64,000 bases of DNA from Takakia lepidozioides (lineage: Eukaryota; Plantae; Bryophyta): the NCBI GenBank assembly GCA_030704615.1, contig CM060733.1, forward strand, positions 57,350,001 through 57,414,000. Reading direction: 5' to 3'. The notes below the pieces were generated by a model, which made no database searches, was not told the DNA's origin, and was given only the letters and a program-made list of their open reading frames with translations. How positions within the stretch are numbered: position 1 is the first letter of the stretch; the number at the start of each line of letters is the position of its first letter. Position numbers and translations under genes: made by a program. This document shows, one piece after another, positions 47,339 to 59,661 of this stretch.

Positions 47339-50170
47339 CTAGTCGGACAAAATAGCTTGGGAAGATTGAGAGAGGGAGGCAGCATCCGCTAGTGGAGGGG
47401 CCTTGGGCACTGTGGTTTGCAAAGCAACAGTGCGGTTGAACTTGGCAACATAGTAGCTCAAGGGAGGTCCTGAATATGCTGTCTCTGTTGAATTTTCTGG
47501 GGCTTTCTTCCCAAGTGAAAGAAGGATGGAGGATGCACTTGCAATTGCAATTAAGCCCAACCCAAACGCGACGGCTAGTGATTCGTCACTGCCTTCACCA
47601 GACCTGCCAGCAGTTCCTGTACTGATAGCACTGTCTGCTACGTACACAGTTGGCTGTCACCATCATCGCCAGCAAACACACCATTGTATCTGTGAGCAAC
47701 AATCACCTTTTGCATTCCTGGCAATAGATTTCATCAAGGAAGCTATCATGCAACCCAGATTCTCTCTCCCACTCTCTCTCTCTCTCTCTCACACACTCTC
47801 TCCACCCGACCCGTTGTGTGAGCAACCTGAAGACAATATTCATTTTCTGATTCGATGTCCTGGGTACTCTCACGAGAGAGATGCCCTCTTCAAATCCATC
47901 AAGGGAATTGTGCCTGAACTTCTGTTTACCAACTTTGAAAGTCTCGAGGCTGAGCCGAAAGCCCAGGCCCTTTTGGGGCCCTGGTTATTGGGCAAACCAC
48001 ACACAGCAAATTGATGCTTGTGTGAAGAGATTTCTAGAGGAAACCTGGAAAACTCGGATTGATTGTCTGTTCCAAGGTAAGTCATACTACCGGCGTCAGC
48101 CCCTGACAAAGGTAGTTTCTGTCCCTTTGTGTTCCGCTCAAACTGAGCGTGGGGTCAGTGGCCACAAGGCTACGGCAAACAATGTCTTATGAGTACATTA
48201 TCTCTCCACCCTTTCTGCTACGTCCAACCAGACACACGGTCCACAAAGCTACAAGCTATGTCTACTGGGCACGCTCTCTCTTTACAGCTTTCGTCAAAAG
48301 ACAGCTCTGAACAGCCTGGACATGGCTCTATGGGAGATTGATCGCCAAGCAAAGAGTAATCACTCGCTAGTGTGAAAAGAAAATATAAGGTCTTTAAGCA
48401 ACCACTAATTCTAAATCAGACAGGTGATTACAATCTGATTTTGTGGCCAGCCATCTACCAAGGTCCCCCAACATTACATACCTATGTATTATTCACTTCA
48501 GCACCTACCTGATGAGACATGTATTGTAGCTGCTAGGACAATTCGGCATTAAAAAAAAACATGTTCTTTGGAAGGTATAAGCTTATGAAAATTCAAATCA
48601 ATACACCGGTTAAAGCAAACTCGTTCAAGCCCTGCAACACCCACTTTCTTCCTGGAACCCACTAATCTTCCAGATTCTGTTGGTCGCAGAGAAGCGAAAG
48701 GTAACAGTACAAGGTGGTCCATCCTAGGAATTCTAGCAGCCACATATTTTGTATACATCAAACAAGGAAACATTCCCCCCGAGTGAAAGTTGAACCAACC
48801 TCAACTGCATAGATGTTTGTCTGTCCAGCAGTATCCTTCTCCACATAGCCTGTCCATTTTCGCTCGGTTCGTGCCAGTGGAGGATAGGTGCCTGCAGCCT
48901 GGGTCTTGTCTTCTGCCACCCAGTCCATACTCAACTTCCCAACCTGCATATCCAGGTCCAACAAATCCAACGCTAAATCGGGACATGTAATAACAGAGTA
49001 GCACAACCATGTCTCAGATATACAGGAATACTATAAGATGCTTTGTATTGCACAGATATCTAACTCTGCTTCTCAGCTTCACCATACAGGCAACCACATT
49101 GCAACACATTCTGTTGACAAAGGCAGCGAGCCGAAGAAACAAAGCAATTACAGTCTCTACGCATTCAAAATCATGACTCTTGCACCTCAGACTGAGATTA
49201 AAGTTTCACAATATGATGTAAAGCAAAAAAGGGTAGTGGAGTCTGGTAAGCCTACTTGAGATGGATCAATGAGTGGACCAAGCATGTGGCAGGTAATACA
49301 TTGAAGCACATGTGGTCTCCTTCTACCAAAAGAGGGAGTGATTACTCTGATGGTCACTACCAAACTAAAGCTAAAACTGATTTCAGATATATCTCTAGTC
49401 CTTTACCTCACTACTGCAATATTAGCTGCTTAAATCTCTTTTAAGTCACTCTAAGCAACAGAGCGACTGGAAGTCTCACAATGGCAGCCGTTGAATGAAC
49501 TTGTGTCTTCTAGCATGAGGTCAATAATGGTTCGTACATCACATGCTAACTCCCCTAACTGAAGTGTTATTGGCTACATTGCAGAAGCACCGTGGAAATT
49601 TCGGGATTTGTCTCAGATACTGTCAGGATGAACCCAACAGAACTCCAGAAGAGTTCAATTGTCCGTAAGGTATGAGCTTAAGAGTACGTTGGCCAACATT
49701 CAAAAGGACAGTTCCTTGAGAACATCTTTGTTTGTAATCTTCATTAATTCTGTTAGAAGACGAAAAGCTTAATGATCGTAGGCTACTTCACTCGCAGTTT
49801 GTTCCCAGATGAAATTACCAGAAGAAGCTGAGGTAAGCGAGATGTAGGTGACACCTTCCTGATCAACATCAGCCATTCTAATCAGAAGGGAATACCAAAT
49901 TCAAAGACTCGACAGATAGACCAATCATCTGGGTCTGTGCGCACGGGGGAAAGCATGGGGGTGGGGGGGCGAAGATGGTACCTCCTTGGCAGCCTCCTCG
50001 TTGCATTCCTCGGGGGCCTTGACTGCGCTTATCCTGGGCAGACGAACACTGTTGGACCTTCTGTGGTGTGTAGAAGGAGGCGTCTGGAGAGCGATACTCT
50101 TCCCACAAGCAGCTTTCCTCGTCACATAGTAGCTGCTACTGCAGGCCATGGTGTGTGCCACTCCCGCCAT
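47339..50170 (-). CDS. MPH1: MAINTENANCE OF PSII UNDER HIGH LIGHT 1-like thylakoid protein, 3 exons: 50170-49982, 48943-48800, 47653-47339
   Basis: Ser/Arg-rich transit peptide, then KEVGKLSMDW..GTYPP..WTGYVEKDTAGQTNIYAVEPTVYVADSAISTGTAG, a TM helix and YSGPPLSYYVAKF. Introns are phase-0 GT-AG. Confidence 0.9.
47805..48200 (+). mobile_element. 5'-truncated LINE 3' end in MPH1 intron 2, next to a (CT)n tract
   Basis: PLCEQPEDNIHFLIRCPGYSHER...QQIDACVKRFLEETWKTR resembles the C-terminal zinc-binding region of LINE ORF2. At least four related copies occur in the window. Confidence 0.75.
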
Positions 50171-51283
50171 AGCTACTTCCCTCCACCTCCAAGCGAACTC
50201 GGTATTACACACCTCCACACCCAAAAGGCATGTACCCAATTCAGAACTCCTGCTGGGAGCCTTGAATCTTCACCTCTCCCTCTCATGATCGTCTCCATGC
50301 AGGTTGTTGGTTTATGGGATCTCCACAGTTTGCTGTGCGTGTGCCGTGGGTGGTAGACGTCCACAAGGACCCTTTGTCATCCATGAGGAACCGGGGCCCT
50401 GTTGTTGTTTTTTCTTGTTTTTTCTTAGTTAGTACTTAGAGGGTTGCTCTTCATACCTTTTTTTTGTCTTCTTAAATGCACCAGCTCCAGAAGGGCCCCA
50501 CCCCATCTCGTCAAAATCTCTTCTCCCATAGCTCTTGAGAAACAAGTAACGACCCTGATCAGATTTGGACTGACAGACACTGGCAACCAGGCAAATCCCC
50601 ATGTTGTGGATGATCATTTGAAAGCGCCAATCTGGTAATCTCGTCTGCAAAAAATTCAGAGACCTGTACTAGAATATTCCCACACTGTAGGAGCATCACT
50701 GCTCACTGGTTGAAGCGAGTACACCAATTGTAATACTCCATCCAACTGTGCACTGACACTCCAAGCAACCCTTCACCGCTCTTCATGAAAGAAGAAATTC
50801 AAGTAGGCCAGGAGACTCTTTGGCACTAAGAGAGAGCGCTCACAGAGATGGAGCAGGAGTGACACAGACACACAGACAGAGGGAACGCATTACAACGGGA
50901 TCTGTGGGGGATCGAAGGCAATCAAAGAACAGAAGCCGCTCAAGCTCCTCTCTTTGCATCTCCATCTCAACCCTCTGTGCACACCAACACGCACATTTCG
51001 CACGAGAGAGGCAACCGAGCTACGGGGACGCAGACAATACAGAAAATCCTTGGCGCGATGCCGTGCCCTAGCTCATGTCCTCGCTCATTCCCATGTCCCG
51101 GGCCGATGTAAGTGTATTGGTGCTGTGCATATTGCTGGAGAACTGAGAGGTCGAAGGAGAAAGATGAGATGCTGGGTGTGTGCGTGACTCAATGATTACA
51201 AGGAGAGAGGAGACAGTATGTTAGGAGGCAGGTGGGTTTGAGCAGTGGAGGGAGGAGAGCAGAAGTTGAGTCGAGGAATAGAA

Positions 51284-52599
51284 ATGAGCGGAGAGGAGAC
51301 TAGGCAGGGAGAAGGGCAGGCGACGGACGGGGAGAGATTGATAGCACCCACACGCCGGCCTGATGGGAGTTTTCGTAAGGAGATTCGCATCCGCTCCGGC
51401 TACACTCCACAGGATGAAGTCGCCATCTACAAATCCAAGGCCGCCCTCGTATGTGATCTTTTCCTGTACTTAACTATAGGGAACATCAGCCGAGGAGTTG
51501 ATTTTAGCTTGTTTTTCTACAGCTCATAATCTGGCAATACAGTAAGCGATATATCATTGCAGAACTGATGCACACCTGTTGATTTGACAAATTCTTGAAC
51601 AAGTGAGCAATTGTGCCTACTGCACTCAGTTTCGAAAGAGCGTGAATTGCTTCGATGCTAGATTGTGTTTAAGAGTTTCAAACGTTCATCTTCTGTCTGT
51701 GTCGCTTCTTGGAATGCAGTTCAAGAAAGGTGTAGAAGTCCCCCCTGGTTATGACCCAGAGGAGGCCTCAAAGCCAAAGACAAAGGCAGCCAAGAAAAAC
51801 GAAAAGAGGAAGGAGAAAAAGCAACAGGTGCCGGCTTCTGTCTCATCTAAGTGAGCCCCTTTTTATTCATATCCGGTGAAACTGTTGTGAAATGCAGTCA
51901 TGATGGATTATGAAAGATGTCAATTTATTTTCCTCCCGGATATGACCAGTAATTATAACCAAGAGAGAGGTTGAACTGCCACACCTCATGACTCATGTTG
52001 ATGTTCTAATTCTCTGGTGGGTTTGCTCAATCCACTCAGTCTACAGCAACTGGGATCTCATCTCAAGGGGGTACGCCAATATCAAATGAAGTTGCTGTGC
52101 AAGAGAAGGCTGCTTTACCTGGGAGACCTGCAACGCATACGAGTCATGAATCCAATGTCTTTGCACAACAATTGGGTGCCCTGAAAGTGTCTCCTGCAAC
52201 CACTGAGATACAGCAACTAGCAGAGAGCAATACTGGCAAGGGAGATCTCGAGAAACGCATTCGGGCCTTGAAGAAAAAGGTGATATTCTTTGCCAACAAG
52301 AGCAATTACCACTCACACATGAGAGAGCAAGAGAGACATCATATGTACTGCTAACTGTTAATCTTTTCCATTATAAGATGCAGTAGCAGCCATTGGGCCT
52401 TAGTGTACACCTCTGGATTCACCAGAAGCTTGGGCCTGATGGGGAACTGTGAAAATGGCAGATCCGGTTGACAGAGGCGATGCAAACATCACAATCTAGC
52501 AAGGCCACATTAAGTGATGAGCAGACCGATAAGCTCTCCAAGTTAGCCAAATGGAGACAAGAACTCCTGGGTCTGGAAGTCCAATTGGCTTCGGTTTAG
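51284..52599 (+). CDS. PYM: Partner of Y14 and Mago (EJC disassembly factor), 4 exons: 51284-51448, 51720-51827, 52040-52279, 52462-52599
   Basis: IAPTRRPDGSFRKEIRIRSGYTPQDEV (Mago-binding motif), KTKAAKKNEKRKEKK, EKRIRALKKKIR..EQTDKLSKL. All exon lengths are multiples of 3. Confidence 0.93.
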
Positions 52600-53698
52600 T
52601 TGTAGATTGAGGAATATGAAATTTCGAACTTTTAAGGTGTTTGCTTCTTTGTAACCAGGCTGAACAAGAGAGTCATGTCGTGCAGACTATTAGCCATAGC
52701 CTTTTGGCTGTGGACCCTGTCCCCATATGGACACAGCAGACAGAAGGGGAATGTTTTTATCTAGGTCTTAAGAGAGATGGCAATTGGAGTTATTGGAGGA
52801 GGTGAGCACTTGGATGGTTGACCATAGAATCTGAGAATGACCAAAGTTCCAGTTGAACCAGCTCATTATTGACAGAGTTAACAACTGGTCCTGAGAGTGA
52901 TTGTGTGTTAGACTCTCTTTTCTTGCTGTTGTTTGTGTGTGTGCATTGTGTAAGGTTGGCTTTGTGTTACACGGTGGTAGGGAGCTTTCTACTTCCTACT
53001 TGGCTACTCTTATTATTTTTCATTTAGATGCTAAATCAAAAGAAGCCTTCCGTCATAGCTTCGATTTGAAGAAAAATAATTTGTCAGGAAGGAAGGAAGC
53101 ATGTCACAAACAAGGATCCATCCACAGCCTACTTTCTAAGGTACTGCTCGAGCTGGGCAGGTGCTACTTTTATATACTGATTAAAATCAGCTCAGAACTG
53201 TCATTAACCTGATACCAGCTCATACCTGTGTTGGATTGAAACTCTACAAAGCTGTCAAGGGGCACTGTGTTTCAGCAGAAAATGGCCGATGAGTATACAA
53301 ACCCGGACGCGCACTCTGTTTGAGTCAGGAACTACTGTTGAGTTCCGGGGAATGTGGCAAAGTAGCTTGCTTCAATTGAGTTCAAGCCCTACTGTCTTGG
53401 GAAATGGTTTCAATACAAGATTTGAAGTGTGCCCTTTACAAACTGTCACCTGCACATAAACACAAATTCGAGAAACAATAACATATCCTCTTTGGAGTCT
53501 AAACATCAACTGAATCAACATTTTTCAGGTCTCTGATTTCAAGCCAAGATCCTATGTACCTCCGTCCTTGTGTATCAGGGCACTAACAAACTCTCTGGAG
53601 TACCATCAACCATCTTATTAAACCCAAAATGACCTCTTTTTACAAAAATCAAGTAAAGTAGAGCAATAACAACCACAAGATTATATATCTTTTAATAT

Positions 53699-54081
53699 AG
53701 ACAACCAGCACAGTGGTAATGGGCACATACCACGTTGGATGTGGTTGTGGGTTCAAACCACCGGCTGTCAACGTTTCGTGCTAGATGATGAAAAAAAAGT
53801 GTTAAGTAATAAAATAGATATATATACGCTTGCATCGAGATTTAAAAATTGTCGTCGAATTTCAGAAAATGTTTGGCAGACTAAAAAACTTATTCAAAGA
53901 CAAAAAGCCATTATTTTGAAGCTTAGAAAAAAAACAAATAAAAAACAATCTGACTTTTCCAAACAATTACACATATGTAATTCGGAACCTAAAGGCATGT
54001 CATGAAGGTGTCCACCTTCCTGCTAGAAGGCAGTAGCCCTTCGGGGTCAAGTGACACCATAAGTTAAGCTCCCTTCGGAGG
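53699..54081 (+). mobile_element. tRNA-derived SINE-like element, interrupted by an AT-rich insert (~53771-54003) and a MITE
   Basis: A-box-like AGCACAGTGGT and B-box GGTTCAAACC; the body (AAGGTGTCCACCTTCCT...CAGTAGCCCTTCGGG...GACACCATAA) is shared with 58953-59125. Confidence 0.6.
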
Positions 54082-54367
54082 CAGTGTTTTTATTTCTGGC
54101 AAAATTTCGCACTTTTTCGACCTCAAAAATCAAAATCGAATATTCTGTCATAAATTCCCTGTTTTCTCATGGATGAAATCGCCAAAATTCGCAAAAACAA
54201 ATATAAATCTTGGATGAATTCGCCTAATATGGATGATATACATGGATGAAAGTACAGAGGAGGATGATTCTGTCCAAATTTCAGTGGATGGGCAGAAAAT
54301 ATGGCTATTTCCTGCAAAACTCAGTAGCCAGTCCTGTTCTTTTCAAAATTTGAAAAAAAAAACACTG
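54082..54367. mobile_element. hAT-type MITE
   Basis: TIR CAGTGTTTTT...AAAAACACTG; perfect 8-bp TSD TTCGGAGG at 54074-54081 and 54368-54375. Confidence 0.88.
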
Positions 54368-55439
54368 TTCGGAGGCGTCATACTTTTTTCTTTTTTCTTT
54401 TAATATATCCTTTTAGGTAAATTATATACCCTTATCGTCCCTTAGAAAGATATTCGCCTTTATCCTTTACCCGAAGGATAACTAAAATCACTGGATTTGT
54501 ATCTATCCTTACCCATAGGATAAATAAATGACATATACCTAAATTACCCAGATAACAACGACGATTAAAACCAAACAGCTCATTGCATTTTGAATTTGAT
54601 AGATGTGATAATTATCTTCCTTATGAGGATATGAAGTTGCGTGCATAGATGCCATAATTTGATACATCTCCAATTTTCTCAATCAATCCCCTACAGATTT
54701 TGATTTACAATTTTTAATGTTGACATGCTCTTTGTGTCGTCTACATGCACACATGTTTAGTTGCCTTACATTCATGATTGCGGTGTAGGCTTGAGGCCAT
54801 GTCAAGACATTTTTCGCTTGCATTAACAGTCCTCAACTTTAGTTTTTTGTGACCAAGTTCCTCAATCCAAGGATTTATCGAAGCAGCATGTACTCAAAAC
54901 TCCAAAGAGATCTGTAGAGGGATTTTAGATTGGGCCAGACTAAACTTCACCAACTACGTTAGTCTAATAAAGTTGTTCGAGAGTTTGTGGCGTAGCTTTT
55001 TGCACATGAGCTCACTGAGGAGCAGCTAGGTTGGAGTTTAAACACCTCAACATAGACAAAGAAATGTCTTGTAAGCTAGTGATAATGCACAAGCAATAGA
55101 CATATATGAATGTTTACAATTGTTGGTATTTGGCCCATTAGTAGCTTACATGCCTACTCAATCCCCGGTATTTGAATCAAGAAAGCACATGGCCTTGTTT
55201 TGAAATATCAAAGGTAGGCTTCATGTCCTGAGTTTAAATTTCAGTCTAGTGCCGAGAGTGGGTGGACCCTTGAGGTCATCCAAGACGTCCTCCCCCATGT
55301 CACTGACTGGAACAAGTTCAGGGAAGTTTTATGCCTTACTTCATTTTAATCAGACAATCTCATAGCAACAGACATGGCTTTGGACATTGCTGCCTCTAAG
55401 TCGGATTTATCAAGCAGGGTCAAGACTTGCGGATCCAGG

Positions 55440-55610
55440 TGCAGGTCCTTGAGAATCTTTTCTACTCTGGTGTTGGGAAAACACCTTTTGATCTCAGTCC
55501 AAACCAGGAAGTGGTCAGAGGTACCAATATCAGTTCTGTCGATCAACACATTGGCACACTGGGGGAACAAATTTTTGTCCATTATAATATAGTCCACAAT
55601 GGAACGTTTA
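55440..55610 (-). mobile_element. LINE endonuclease (APE) remnant
   Basis: DYIIMD...TDIGTSDHFLVW matches the C-terminal DY..SDH motifs of APE domains. Confidence 0.6.
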
Positions 55611-55869
55611 GGGTTTGGGATTTCTCACGAGTCCACTGCACTTGGTCACCTACAGTTGAAGTCCTTGCCCTTGGTTGTCTTCCTAGAGCGCGCCCCATTG
55701 AATCACCAATGTGTAAGACCGCTCTCCAGCCAGTCAAGGGACGAACTTCTTTGAGATTGAATTGATGTGGGACTATATTAGAAGCACTTTTGGTCATTGC
55801 AACCTTCAACGTACACCTGTTATCAATGAGAGAACCCCAGACAGTGTATCAGAAAATGAATATTGTCTT

Positions 55870-58830
55870 CAGCTTGCAATAGCGACACAATTGATAAAAT
55901 CAGGCATTGCTGATGAAGGCACCTTCTTCAACACATTTCACCCTATTTTCCCCTCCTATCAGAATCGGCCCTAAATTTTCATGTTGAATTATGCAAGTTA
56001 GCTGGTTGAGTGAATCTAGGATAGTTTGGAAAGACTTTGACATGATACTGCCAATGTGACAACAGGAAAGTATCCAGAAACAGGTAACAAAGACGAGGAG
56101 AAGTTGTGGAATGAATATTTTTCTGACCCCAGACAATGGTGGGACAACCGAGGCAAAAAGGTGAATGCCTATCAGATTACCAGATGTCATTCTGAACACT
56201 GCCCCTGCCCTGGTGGACATGTAGCCAAATGTGGGTGCATCGAGGATAAGGGATCAGTGTTCAACTCTATGGTTGAACGAGATGTGGTGTTGTGGAGTGC
56301 GATGCTTGCAGGGTATGCACAGCAAGGGTGCGGGATGGAGGCTCCAACCTTTGAGCAAATGATGGGGGAAGGGGTGAAGGCCGCCAACATAACGTTTGTG
56401 TAAGTTTGCAGTGGGTATAGCAGCCCTGGAAAAAGGCAAAGAGATCCCTGGTGACTTCATCAAATCTGCAATTGTATCAAAATTTGTTATCCTGAACATT
56501 GCTTTGGTGGCCATGTATGCCAAATGTGGGAGCATTGAGGATGCCAAGGGAGTGTTCAACACTATGGCTGAATGAGATGTGGAGTCGTGGAACGCGATGC
56601 TTGCAGGGTGTGCAGAGCAGGAGCGCGAGATGGGGCTTTGGAGACCTGAAAGCAGATGATGGGGGAAGGAGTGAAGCTCGACCACATCATGTTTCTGTGC
56701 GTTTGCAGTGCGTGTGCAAGCCTGCAGCCCTGGAAAAGGGCAAAGAGGTGCATGGTTGCATCACCAAAGCTGGAAAAGGGGAAGATCTGATTATTAACAA
56801 TACCCTTGTGGACATGTATGCCACTGTGGGAGCATTGATGATGCGGAGGGAATGTTCAACACTATGGCTGAACAAGGTGGTATCGTGGAACACGATTCAT
56901 CCAAGAGGTCAATTTTAAACACAAGATTACTTTTGATTCCCTACGGATCAATAGCTACAAGAAAGCTGCGTGGGTAGATGGTCAACTGGAAATAGCAGCG
57001 GCAGCAGTGCATTTGATAGAACAAGGTGCTGCTAATGAAGGTACCTTCTTCAACACATTTCAGCCCGTTTTTCCCTGTTATCAGAGTTTTTCCCTATTTT
57101 TTCCTGAATGAGCATGGATAGAGTGTGGGTCCAGATTTATCCAAGAGGGCTGGACTTCAAGCTCCAGATTACCTTGATTCCATGTGGGGGTCAGTAGCTA
57201 TAAGAAACCTGCATGGGTAGATGGTCAACTAAAGGTAGTAGCTGCAGCGGCACAGTTGATAAAATCAGGCACCTCAACCATGACCACAGCTTCTGAAAGA
57301 GGATCAAGAGAGGGAGTCCACAATGCCTCTTCTGGCACTTCTGGGCATGTGAAGATACTTTAAGCGACAGCCTGACAGAGGCTCTACAGACTCTAAACCA
57401 AGGAGGCATTTCAGCAGATTCAAATATGTGTCTGTCTCTTGCTTAAGTGCATCAAGATGGACGGTCTCGAAGCTGGAAAGCAGGTGCACACTCACATTAT
57501 CCAAAGTGGATTCACGCCAAATGTTTTTCTACTCAACACCCTTGTCAACCTGTATGTTAAGTGCCGGAACATCAGGGATGCTCACCAAGTGTTCAACAGA
57601 ATGCCTCAATGATCTTTGATAACGTGGAATATTATGTTGAAAGGATTTACCAAGCATAGGTGTGGTAGGAATGTTTTGGAGACATATGAGCAAATGATGT
57701 GCGAAGCGGTTGAAGCCCAACCACATCACATTTGTTTGTGTTTGCAATGCGTGTGAAAGCCTGGGAGCAAGCTGGAATTGTACCAGATGTCATCTTGAAC
57801 ACTGCCCTTGTGGACCTGTTTGCCAAATGTGGGTGCGTTAAGGATGTGAGGGGAGTTTTCAACACTTTGGCTGAACGAGATGTGGTGTCGTGGAACGTGA
57901 TGCTTGCAGGGTATGCACAACAGGGGCACGGGATGGAGGCTTTGGAGACCTATGAGCAAATGATGGGGGAAGGGATGAAGCCTAACCACATCACAAGGCA
58001 TTTCACCAGATTCAGATATGTATGTCTGTCTCTTGCTTAAGTGCATCAAGATGGAAGGTCTGGAACAGTTTTGGACTGGTATATAGGTGAAGGACTGGTA
58101 CATAATACTGGTATATGCACTGGTATTAGATACCAGACCAGTCTGGTATCATTTGGGAGAATACTTGGTCAGATACTAGACCAGGCTGGTATCAGTTCTT
58201 TCATACCAGCCACAATACCCGTACTCCCCCATCGTCTTCCTCATTTACTCTGGTATGTATACTAAATTAATTTATGTGTACATATGCCTATATATTTGTA
58301 CTTATGTATATTTACTTCTTATGTATATTTTATTTGTTTTCACTTGATACTTGCCACTTGACAAATTTGTAACTCAAGATGGCTTTGGAATGATACCAGA
58401 GTTGATATCTCATACCAGCTGGTATTGTGGTCATGATACTCATATTCATACCAGTATCTGGAAAAAAATACATCCACCATTATAGAGACCAGACTGGTAT
58501 GAAAGTTTTGTGATACGCCTCGTACCAGGACCAGTCTGGTATGTAAAAAACTTGATACCAGTCCAACACTGGTCTGGAAGTTGGAAAACAGGTGCATACT
58601 CACATCATCCAAAGTGGATTCACGTCAAATGTTTTTCTTCTCAACACCCTTGTCAACATGTATGTTATGTGCGGGAGCATCATTGATGCTCACCAAGTGT
58701 TCAACAGAATGCCTCAACGATCTTTGATCACGTGGAATATAATGTTAGCAGGATGCAATGCGTGTGCAAGCCTGGGAGCTTTGGAAAAGGGGAAAGAGGT
58801 CCATGGTGACATTGTCAAAGCTGGAATTGC
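55870..58830 (+). pseudogene. Third cluster of scrambled PDF-PPR fragments
   Basis: EEKLWNEYFSDPRQWWDNRGKK|GT at ~56095-56160; PDF second halves near 56900 and 57135; PPR N-terminus at 57290ff similar to 21250ff; broken PLS repeats. Confidence 0.88.
58066..58571. mobile_element. hAT-type MITE inserted in a PPR fragment
   Basis: TIR CAGT(T/G)TTGGACTGGTAT; 8-bp TSD GTCTGGAA at 58058-58065 and 58572-58579; many internal CTGGTAT/ATACCAG motifs. The PPR frame resumes across it. Confidence 0.9.
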
Positions 58831-58952
58831 GACGTTCAAATCAATATCGGTCATCAATACCTTGCCCGCGTGTAGTTCGTCATGATGTCGAGCACACAGA
58901 GGGATTTGCTTCTTCCCATTGAGTGCCGACAACCACGCTACCTGCTCAAGTG

Positions 58953-59125
58953 TAGACAACCAAGTTGTAGCCTAATCTAATGGTCATGGGCACATACCAC
59001 CTCGGAAGTAGTTGTGCGTTCAATCCACCAATTGGTATCACAAAGGTGTCCACCTTCCTACTCGAACGCAGTAGCCCTTCGGGTCAAAAGACACCATAAA
59101 TTACGCTTCTTTGGGGATGTGTCAT
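58953..59125 (+). mobile_element. tRNA-derived SINE-like element, second copy
   Basis: AGACAACCA start, ATGGGCACATACCAC, B-box-like GTTCAATCC, and the same body as 53699ff. Confidence 0.6.
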
Positions 59126-59159
59126 ATATACACATATATATTATATGTTATGACTTGGT

Positions 59160-59661
59160 GTAGTGACAATGTATTTGCCATCTCACTAAATCATATGCCA
59201 TGCCATTACTCATCTGCGACGTTAGTAAACGTTTCATGTTTTGTGTATCGTATTATTGTTAGTTAGAGCCAGTGTTTTTATTGCTGACGAAATTTTTCTT
59301 ACCTCAAAAAAATAAAATAAAATATTCCGTCAAAAATTCCCTGTTTTCTCATGGATGACATCGCCAAACTTTTCCACATAAAATATAAATCTTGGATGAC
59401 TTCGCCAAATATGGATGATATACATGGATGACAGTACCAAGGAGTATGATTCTATCCAAATACCAGTGGATGAACAGAAAATTTGGCTATTTCCTGCAAA
59501 ACTCAGTAGCCTCTCCTGTTATTTTCCAAATTTGAAAAGAAAAAAACACCAGTAGTGACAATGTATTTGCCATGTCACTAAATCATATGCCACGTCATTA
59601 CTCCTCTGCGACGTTAGTAAACATTTCATGTTTTGTGTAACGTATTATTGTCAGTTAGAGC
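59160..59661 (+). repeat. ~110-bp imperfect direct repeat (59160-59269 and 59552-59661) flanking the MITE
   Basis: GTAGTGACAATGTATTTGCCAT...AGTTAGAGC occurs on both sides. Confidence 0.85.
59270..59551. mobile_element. Second copy of the 54082-54367 MITE family
   Basis: CAGTGTTTTTATT start, shared internal ATGGATGA repeats and GGCTATTTCCTGCAAAACTCAGTAGCC; the right TIR is slightly decayed. Confidence 0.8.

Noticed and set aside
53699-53770. tRNA gene (also at ~58960-59030)
   Set aside because: Only A/B-box-like motifs are present, with no convincing cloverleaf, and a shared non-tRNA body follows, so it is treated as SINE-like.
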